Shown: positions 16,167 to 22,016 of the stretch, piece by piece
Numbering within the stretch: the stretch's first letter is position 1
Layout of the letters: each line of letters opens with the position of its first letter
Origin: Candidatus Wolframiiraptor sinensis
GTDB lineage: Archaea; Thermoproteota; Nitrososphaeria_A; Caldarchaeales; Wolframiiraptoraceae
Assembly (NCBI GenBank): GCA_023261815.1
Contig: JALNKA010000009.1
Coordinates: forward strand, 13,254-37,253
Reading direction: 5' to 3'
Length of the DNA: 24,000 bases
Made by a program: the position numbers and the translations under genes
Notes under the pieces: model-generated
What the model was told of the DNA's origin: nothing
The model's database searches: none
The model's input: only the letters and a program-made list of their open reading frames with translations

Positions 16167-16328
16167 GTGAGGCTCATAAATTTGACTCCCCACGAGATAA
16201 CCATTTACATGGATCGAGGCGCGGTATCCATACCCCCCAGTGGACAGGTCGCCAGGATCGGCGATGTGTCCATCAACCGCGTGGAATACGGCGAGGTTGA
16301 GGAGGAGTGCTTTGGGGATGCTGGCTAG
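16167..16328 (+). CDS. Short ORF inside the insert (53 codons, VRLINLTPHEITIYMDRGAVSIPPSGQVARIGDV...)
   Basis: GTG 16167 is preceded by GGAGGGC and the ORF ends at TAG 16326-16328. It is G+C-rich like the host. It is below the ORF-track cutoff and may be a gene fragment or not coding at all. Confidence 0.2.
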   Translation: MRLINLTPHEITIYMDRGAVSIPPSGQVARIGDVSINRVEYGEVEEECFGDAG

Positions 16329-16377
16329 GGAGGCCGGCGGGATGGGAGCCGAGCTGATGAAAGGAGAGTGATGGGCG

Positions 16378-17211
16378 ATGCCTAGGAGGAAGGGTGTGGA
16401 AGAACCTGTTATTAGGAGTTTTTGGCTTAACAAGGAGGTCTACGAGTTTGCTATTGACCTACATCAAAAACTTGGCATCTCTGGAAGAAGAATTAGCAGA
16501 GCCCTTCTTGAGGCTTTCGGAATATTGATCCGCGAAGACACTATATACAATTGGCTGAATAAAGGAAGGAGTCCCATAGGGAATTGTGTAGGCCTTAGAG
16601 AATGCGAGGAACTAGCCTATTCATTAACAGCATATCTCGGGGATGGGACGAAATGTATCCGCCATTATAACGGACATACACAATACATACTGACTCTTAA
16701 AGTGACAGATTATGATTTTGCCGAATATTTTGGATATGCTGTTGCAAAGGTGGTGGGAAGAGAGAAACCCTATAAACCGATCGTCCTGAATGAACATCAT
16801 CATAAAAGATATGGATGTAAGAGGAGATTTGCAGTTAGTTTCTGTAATAAAGCATTTTATGAGCTGACGTCTCAACGCCCTTGGGTCCTATACGAGTTTA
16901 TATTACGCAAGTACCCCGCAGTCGCAATTTCAGGCTTTTTTGACGCCGAAGGAGGAGTTTGGGGACGCTATATCGGAGCGGAAAACAAGGACTATGAGTT
17001 AATACTTGTAGTACAGCAACTATTAAGTGATCTAGGAGTGCATTCAACGATATACTATAGGAGAGACAGAAACATATATGCACTACTGATTTACAGAAAT
17101 GACGCAATAATCGAGTTCTATAGAAAAATCTCCTTCAAAATCCAAAGAAAGCAAGAAAAACTGAAGAAGCTGGCTGAAGAGCTATTTTTGCGCCAAACAA
17201 TGTACGCATGA
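16378..17211 (+). CDS. LAGLIDADG-family homing endonuclease (double motif) with N-terminal HTH-like region
   Basis: There are two LAGLIDADG-type motifs, LAYSLTAYLGDGTKC and AISGFFDAEGGVWG, about 100 residues apart. The N-terminal ISGRRISRALLEAFGILIREDTIYNWLNKGRSP looks like a helix-turn-helix. It has its own ATG with AAAGGAGAG upstream, its own TGA stop and low G+C. Confidence 0.85.
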   Translation: MPRRKGVEEPVIRSFWLNKEVYEFAIDLHQKLGISGRRISRALLEAFGILIREDTIYNWLNKGRSPIGNCVGLRECEELAYSLTAYLGDGTKCIRHYNGHTQYILTLKVTDYDFAEYFGYAVAKVVGREKPYKPIVLNEHHHKRYGCKRRFAVSFCNKAFYELTSQRPWVLYEFILRKYPAVAISGFFDAEGGVWGRYIGAENKDYELILVVQQLLSDLGVHSTIYYRRDRNIYALLIYRNDAIIEFYRKISFKIQRKQEKLKKLAEELFLRQTMYA

Positions 17212-17343
17212 AAAAGAGGCTCTCCCACCCCCATTTTTCTTCTTCCTCCCAACTTTCATTCTTAATTCTAACTTAATTTTTGATCTAGATTCTAGGTTTT
17301 TCCATGTTCAAGTTTCGATACTAATGTAAAGTAGTTATGGGGA

Positions 17344-17595
17344 ATAGAGCACATAGCGGATGGCATAATCAGGTTCAGGAGGGTTCTCAGGGGCGGAGAG
17401 CTGAAGAGATTCGTGATAATCGAGAAGATGAGGCAGACGAATCATAGCAGATACCTGCATGAGGTCGATATAAGGCCCGGAGTCGGCCTCGTCGTGCTGG
17501 GAAGGGTTGATAGGAGAGCCGAGGACTACAAGCTCCCGCCGGACGTCATGAGGAAAATTCTCGAGGCAAAGCGGAGGGCTGAGGAGATACTATGA
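17344..17595 (+). CDS. KaiC/aRadC-like ATPase, C-terminal part of the split gene (83 codons)
   Basis: (G)IEHIADGIIRFRRVLRGGELKRFVIIEKMRQTNHSRYLHEVDIRPGVGLVVLG is the conserved C-terminal core of KaiC-like ATPases. No start codon is available, because TAG 17332-17334 lies directly upstream in frame. The stop overlaps the next gene's ATG (ATGA, 17592-17595). Confidence 0.8.
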   Translation: MEHIADGIIRFRRVLRGGELKRFVIIEKMRQTNHSRYLHEVDIRPGVGLVVLGRVDRRAEDYKLPPDVMRKILEAKRRAEEIL

Positions 17596-18457
17596 TCTGG
17601 GAGGATGTCAGAAAGCATTACCTCAGGCCGGAGGTGAGCAGGGAGATCACCGAGTACTGCGCGAATAGATGGGTTGCCATTCACTGCGAGGAGGCGCCGG
17701 ATGGGGTTAGGCCCATGATCAGGTATTGGGGCCGAGGCAAGCCCCTGACGATTGAGCGCGAGAACGATATCGTCGAGATCCTAGAGAGGTTTTCCTCGAT
17801 GAGGCCGAGGGCATTCTACGCTACAGCGCACATTTACAGGAGGCTGCAGTCAGCCGACGATCTAGCTGACCGCGAAAATATCGCGCGATCCTCGCCCACA
17901 TGGGATATAGACTCGAGGGACGGTGATTGGAGGAAGGTCGTGAAGAAGGCCTTAGAGATAGTGGATGAGCTGGAGAGGCATGGCGTCGCGAAGTCCATCT
18001 TCTTCAAGTGGAGTGGGAGGGGCGCCCACGTCCACGTGCACCCAAGAGCCTTCAGCGATGATGTCCTGCGCAGGATTAGCCCTCTCGATATAGCATACTC
18101 TGTTACACAGCATATCGCTTGCAGGATAGAGCCCGAGGAGGGTGTCGTCGTTGAGAACAAGATCGATGTTCAGAGGGTCTTCACCGCGCCCCTCAGCCTT
18201 CATAGATCCGTTGATAGGGTGGCCGTCTGCACACCCCCAGATGAGCTGAGAGCTTCCACGTGGACTGGACCAGTCCCTCCGGATACAGGCATTTCCCGCA
18301 TGCCTGGCGCGAGTATGAGGAGGGCGAGGGAGATGAGCTCGCGGAGAAAGCCTATGCCGCCATCGGGCCGTATATCGCCGGGCGAGCCAAGAGGAGGCGT
18401 AAGCATAAGCCGCTTGATCAGGAGATTCTGGAAGCTTTCAGGAAGCTCCGGCTATAG
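17592..18457 (+). CDS. AEP-superfamily primase catalytic subunit (PriS-like); intact reading needs a -1 frame change near 18248
   Basis: It carries AEP motifs I TWDIDS, II FKWSGRGAHVHVH and III QRVFTAPLSLHRSVDRV. After ...VCTPPDEL the track frame turns Arg/Ser/Pro-rich. The -1 frame (open from 18245) reads ESFHVDWTSPSGYRHFPHAWREYEEGEGDELAEKAYAAIGPYIAGRAKRRRKHKPLDQEILEAFRKLRL and stops at 18455-18457. Confidence 0.7.
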
Positions 18458-19171
18458 CATCAGATCGAGTATCAGCGCTAAAACGTCGCCAACTAGGATG
18501 TAGAAGATGAAGCCCGCGGTTATCGGGATGAGCAGCGGCAGGCCCGGCGTAATCCAGCAGTCATCTCGCGGAATCTCCTCGAGCTCGATGCCGAAGATGT
18601 TGAAGTTGAAGTATCTTCTTCCCTCGCGCTCGGTCTCAAGGGGGAACCAGAATCGCCTCCTCCTAGCATTTCTAGATCTTATCCCGAAGAGCATCGCCGC
18701 GATCTTCCTAATCCTCTTCTCGTGCTCGAACCCCTCGAAGATCCTCTCCCCCCTGGCCAGGGCTATCAGATTCCATGCGAGAAGCGCAAGTAGTATGAGG
18801 AGAGAGAAGATTAGGCCGTTCGAGAGAGATGAGAGGCCCGTGAAGGGATGAATTCTCGCGGGCGGGCTGTATATCGGGAGGGCAATTGAGATGACTATTA
18901 TGGCCTTGGCATCAGCGCCCCCATAAAAGCCGAAGAAGTAGAATGCGAGTGCCAGTCCAGCCGAGAGCACTATCGAGATCAAGATCAGGAGAAGCCTATT
19001 GAGGCTCCACCATGAGATCAGATCCGCTCCGGTCAGGATCGCGCCGGCCGCTCCGCAGATGATCCAGACCCAGTCATCGACCTCTCGAGCGATCCAGTCC
19101 CTGTAGGAGGCGTAAGAGAGGCCCGCGGCCAGGACCCCTATTCTTATCGGCGTCAAGACCTCCTCCAGCAA
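18452..19171 (-). CDS. A24-family aspartic peptidase (archaeal prepilin/preflagellin peptidase, PibD/FlaK-like)
   Basis: Polytopic membrane protein with the two catalytic-Asp contexts SYRDWIAREVDD and GFYGGADAKA. TTG start 6 nt after the stop of the upstream dehydratase gene, so probably co-transcribed with it. Confidence 0.85.
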   Translation of the reverse strand: MLEEVLTPIRIGVLAAGLSYASYRDWIAREVDDWVWIICGAAGAILTGADLISWWSLNRLLLILISIVLSAGLALAFYFFGFYGGADAKAIIVISIALPIYSPPARIHPFTGLSSLSNGLIFSLLILLALLAWNLIALARGERIFEGFEHEKRIRKIAAMLFGIRSRNARRRRFWFPLETEREGRRYFNFNIFGIELEEIPRDDCWITPGLPLLIPITAGFIFYILVGDVLALILDLML

Positions 19172-19177
19172 GCCATT

Positions 19178-20038
19178 TCAGCCCTCCACCCTGTCGAAGG
19201 GCTTCATCACCTGCGGTATCGTATCAAGGAGGTCGGTCGCTATTATATGGAGACCGAGCTTCTCGGCTGCCAGCTCCCCAGCCCTCCCGTTAATCCACGC
19301 TGCTGAGGCCGCGGCCCTGAAGGGGTCAACTCCCCATGCGAGAAATGCCGCCACTATCCCCGATAATACATCGCCCGTTCCGCCTGTTGTCATTGCTGGC
19401 GTTCCGGTCTCATTCACGGCCGCTTCCACACCATCCGAGATCACGTCAATCCTTCCCTTAAGCAGGATCGTAACCCCGTTCTTCTCAGCCTGCTCCCTGA
19501 CCACCTTGACTCGATCTTGAAGGCTGCTCGGAGCCTCTACTCCGAAAACCCGCTTGAACTCGCCCGCATGAGGTGTCAAGACAACTTTACTGCCGCCGAC
19601 GTGCTTCAATATCCCCGGATAGAGCGCTCCGGCATCTAGGACCAGGCCCTTTCCAGCCGCGACAGCCTCCCTGGCCACGAGCTCTATTCCCGGCTCGCTC
19701 CCAGCCTCAAGCCCAGGGCCCATGACTATGGAATCAACTCTCGGAAGAACTTTCAAGGCCCTTCTGGCCGCACCCCTAGTGAGCTTCATGTCGGTCAGAG
19801 GTATCACTATCACCGCGGGCGAGAGGGCTCGAATGGGAGCCGCGATCTTCTCGGGAACCGCGATGTAGACGAGATCGACGCCGCACCTCATAGCAGCCAT
19901 AGCCGCGAGAAACGGCGCGCCATGATACATCCAGCTCCCGCCGATGACCAGTACAGCCCCATTCTCGCCCTTATGGGAGTCAGCCCTCCTCGGCTTAATG
20001 CTCCTCCTAACGAAATCCTCATCCACGATCCTATACAT
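19178..20038 (-). CDS. nnrD: ADP/ATP-dependent NAD(P)H-hydrate dehydratase (YjeF_C / carbohydrate-kinase fold)
   Basis: It has SHKGENGAVLVIGGS, LTPHAGEF and GGTGDVLSGIVAAFLAWG signatures. I prefer ATG 20038 (MYRIVDEDF...). GGAG lies 9 nt upstream and TAATATATT about 30 nt upstream. The track's GTG 20086 is the alternative. Confidence 0.9.
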   Translation of the reverse strand: MYRIVDEDFVRRSIKPRRADSHKGENGAVLVIGGSWMYHGAPFLAAMAAMRCGVDLVYIAVPEKIAAPIRALSPAVIVIPLTDMKLTRGAARRALKVLPRVDSIVMGPGLEAGSEPGIELVAREAVAAGKGLVLDAGALYPGILKHVGGSKVVLTPHAGEFKRVFGVEAPSSLQDRVKVVREQAEKNGVTILLKGRIDVISDGVEAAVNETGTPAMTTGGTGDVLSGIVAAFLAWGVDPFRAAASAAWINGRAGELAAEKLGLHIIATDLLDTIPQVMKPFDRVEG

Positions 20039-20094
20039 GCCTCGCTCCAGCAGTGAAGTGCTCGACCAATATATTAGGCCGCCCACTAAGATGA

Positions 20095-20112
20095 GATAAA
20101 ATAAGATAAAAT
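20095..20112 (-). terminator. T-rich tract after albA (minus strand AATTTTATCTTATTTTATC); GATAAAAT x2 on the plus strand
   Basis: Two T4 runs lie 20-40 nt downstream of the albA stop on the coding strand. Archaeal termination typically uses oligo-T. The same AT-rich tract may also serve the nnrD promoter. Function is not verified. Confidence 0.3.
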
Positions 20113-20132
20113 TGGAGTAAGGGCTCCTCCCT

Positions 20133-20435
20133 CTACTTCTTCTTCGCGGCGCCTTTCTTCGGCGCTATCTTTATCTCAATGGTGCTGACACTTCTCGGCC
20201 TGCCGTCTTGGCCAACTCTGCCCTCCTCGGTCCCGATGCTGACGCTCTGGATCTCAGCGTCCTGTACGAACCTCCTCGTAACAACCTGGGCCACGTCCAC
20301 TGCCTTGCTTATCGCCCTTCCACGAGCCTTCAGAACTACGGTCTTGCCCTCGGAGAGCGGCATCGTCGTTGCCAAGACGTAATTCATCGTCGGCTTTCTC
20401 CCAATGAGGACGACAGCCTCAAATGTCTCGCTCAT
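20133..20435 (-). CDS. albA: DNA/RNA-binding protein Alba
   Basis: 100 aa. NYVLATTMPLSEGKTVVLKARGRAISKAVDVAQVVTRRF...IGTEE is the canonical Alba fold sequence. A strong SD (GAGGTGAT) lies directly upstream of the ATG. Confidence 0.95.
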   Translation of the reverse strand: MSETFEAVVLIGRKPTMNYVLATTMPLSEGKTVVLKARGRAISKAVDVAQVVTRRFVQDAEIQSVSIGTEEGRVGQDGRPRSVSTIEIKIAPKKGAAKKK

Positions 20436-20508
20436 TCAATCACCTCACGCGAGGCTAGAAGTATTACAGGAATGTTAAAAACATTTCCCTCCCGGAATGA
20501 AAGCCATT

Positions 20509-20892
20509 CTAGCTCGCCGATAGGCTAAATGGCTTGCCCTTTCTTAAGATCTCCTCCGGTACGCGGGATCTCCAGGCCGCTAGGAACCTCAGATCATCAT
20601 TCTGATCCCTCAGGTCGTCTGGAAGCATTCTCGGAATCTCATTCTCTATGGGATACCAGCGGCAGCAGCTCTCACAAAACAGCAGTCCATCAATTATCTC
20701 CGTCCGCCAGCACTCGGAGCAGGCCGGCTCGCCTTCAAGCTCATCGAGGCGCTTTAAGGCATAACCGCAGTAAACCTCGCACTTCGCTGGATTCAGCTCG
20801 ACTTCGATTCTCCGAGTCCTGAATACATGAAGCTCCAGCGGGAAGCTCCTGCAGATCGGGCATGCAAGCAGATCCATTAACCGATACTTCAT
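20509..20892 (-). CDS. Trm112-like zinc-ribbon protein (methyltransferase activator family) with an inserted Cys-rich segment
   Basis: The N-terminal LMDLLACPICRSFPLEL and the C-terminal IIDGLLFCESCCRWYPIENEIPRMLPDD match the Trm112/UPF0434 pattern. About 45 residues in between carry CEVYC and CSEC. Confidence 0.65.
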   Translation of the reverse strand: MKYRLMDLLACPICRSFPLELHVFRTRRIEVELNPAKCEVYCGYALKRLDELEGEPACSECWRTEIIDGLLFCESCCRWYPIENEIPRMLPDDLRDQNDDLRFLAAWRSRVPEEILRKGKPFSLSAS

Positions 20893-21004
20893 CTTAAGGC
20901 AATTAATAGGGTAGCGGATTTAAGAGAATTATCCCCAGCGGAAAGGCGTGCTACCGCATTTCTCCGCTAAGGTTTTTATCGAGGAGAGGGTTTAAACATG
21001 ATAC

Positions 21005-21883
21005 TTGTCCAAAGAGACTGATCACGAGATTAGGGTGACGGCGAGGGCGTTTCTCCCAGTCGGGCTATCCCTCGCGTTAAGCTGGCTGCTCACGTTGCTC
21101 TCCAAGGGCGCTGAGCTAAGCCTTCCCACGCCGATAATAACGCCTATCGAGGAGCCCGAGCCAACAGCTCCTCCAGTCGGGGCACTCCTAAGTCCAGCGC
21201 CGTACCTCAACATGATGATAGTCCTTGGCCTGATAACGCTCTCAAGCCTGGTAATGCTATACCTCGCTAGAAAGAGGAGAAACGTGTTCAGGATACTCGC
21301 CGGGATTCTCATTTGGCTAATTTCCTTCGGCGTGACCGTGATCTACCTGATTAATGTCGCTATGATGGTGGATTGGACCCTCCTCAGATTCTGGCTTCCA
21401 GCCGGCGCTCTCACGGCCTCCCTCATCACGTATCTCATGCTCAGGGGAGAGGGGCTGATCGCATCCATACCAGCCGCCTACATCGCCTCGGGAGCTGGGG
21501 CAACGATAGGCATGAGCATACCATATTGGACATTCCTGGTCCTCGTGCTGGGGATCTCGGCCTATGACACGCTCGCCGTCTACAGGGGCCACTTATCCAC
21601 CCTGACCAAGGAGGAGGCGATCACGCTGAAGGGGCTGACGATCGAGGTTGATGACCTAGTGATAGGCTTGGGCGACCTCTTCTTCTACTCCCTAACAGCC
21701 TCAGCGATACTCCAGTATATGGGTGTGGTTCCGGCGGCCGCGGCGACTATCTCCATCCTCGCGGGATACGGAGCAACCCTACTACTTCTCAGGAAGAGGC
21801 GAATGCTTCCGGGGCTCCCGATACCGCTTCTCTCAGCCATTGGCTCAGCGATAGCCGCCAGACTGCTCCTAGAGCTTCTCTAA
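21005..21883 (+). CDS. Presenilin/signal-peptide-peptidase-like intramembrane aspartyl protease (A22 family)
   Basis: Polytopic membrane protein. It has a YD motif (GISAYDTLAVY), a GxGD motif (VIGLGDLFFYS) and a C-terminal Pro-containing motif (MLPGLPIPLL) at the position of PAL. The start is uncertain (TTG 21005 or GTG 21035). Confidence 0.75.
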   Translation: MSKETDHEIRVTARAFLPVGLSLALSWLLTLLSKGAELSLPTPIITPIEEPEPTAPPVGALLSPAPYLNMMIVLGLITLSSLVMLYLARKRRNVFRILAGILIWLISFGVTVIYLINVAMMVDWTLLRFWLPAGALTASLITYLMLRGEGLIASIPAAYIASGAGATIGMSIPYWTFLVLVLGISAYDTLAVYRGHLSTLTKEEAITLKGLTIEVDDLVIGLGDLFFYSLTASAILQYMGVVPAAAATISILAGYGATLLLLRKRRMLPGLPIPLLSAIGSAIAARLLLELL

Positions 21884-21943
21884 TTCGAGCTCACGAGTAC
21901 GCAATCTCGAGCTTAATGCCGGGTCTGAGAGAGGCGTGATGAC

Positions 21944-21949
21944 TTTTTT
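21944..21949 (+). terminator. T6 run downstream of the presenilin-like gene
   Basis: GACTTTTTTCC lies 60 nt after the stop codon. It follows a possible short hairpin (GAGCTC 21887-21892 / GAGCTT 21909-21914). Only the oligo-T is seen directly. Confidence 0.3.
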
Positions 21950-21976
21950 CCGTCAAATTAACGGGATTTTCGCTAA

Positions 21977-21988
21977 AGAATTATATGT
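21977..21988 (+). promoter_or_regulatory. TATA-like box upstream of the PEPCK-like gene
   Basis: AAGAATTATATG is centred about 34 nt upstream of ATG 22017. Motif-level evidence only. Confidence 0.3.
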
Positions 21989-22016
21989 TCGCCCATTTTT
22001 TGAGCCGTAGTCTGGC

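Larger units (their letters stand above)
15980..17343 (+). mobile_element. 1.36-kb insert splitting the KaiC-like gene (endonuclease-bearing intron candidate or insertion; borders +/- 4 nt)
   Basis: It separates the two halves of one ATPase, which sit in different reading phases. It contains a free-standing LAGLIDADG ORF. The 3' two-thirds are AT-rich: my hand counts give 28-43% G+C on sampled 60-nt lines, against 62-70% in the flanking exon lines. The borders share GGA..AATAGA(A/G)G. Confidence 0.7.

Noticed and set aside
15980-16170. Tail of track ORF 15437..16111 (LIEVSDRLASSFDHPLSPLPIYHYYPMFHIMRCGRVSCFPLRP) and ORF 15919..16170 as genuine coding sequence
   Set aside because: Homology to KaiC-like ATPases stops at ...AESFG. 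The tail has odd composition. The authentic continuation (GIEHIADGII...) is found 1.36 kb downstream.
15980-17343. Intein interrupting the KaiC-like ATPase
   Set aside because: The insert is not in frame with the N-extein, whose frame stops at TGA 16109-16111. The two halves sit in different phases. No Cys/Ser follows ...SFG and no His-Asn plus Cys/Ser/Thr lies at the 3' border. The LAGLIDADG ORF has its own start, SD and stop.
15960-17360. Terminal inverted repeats or target-site duplication marking a transposon-type insertion
   Set aside because: I found only a 6-nt complementary pair (AGTATC 15988-15993 and GATACT 17317-17322), and it is not terminal. The border similarity GGA..AATAGA is short and imperfect, and no transposase is present. 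The element type therefore stays open rather than being called an IS.
18249-18503. Arg/Ser/Pro-rich C-terminus of track ORF 17592..18503
   Set aside because: Its composition is typical of out-of-frame translation of G+C-rich coding DNA, and it overruns 52 nt into the convergent peptidase gene. The -1 frame gives a plausible conserved-looking C-terminus ending at 18457.
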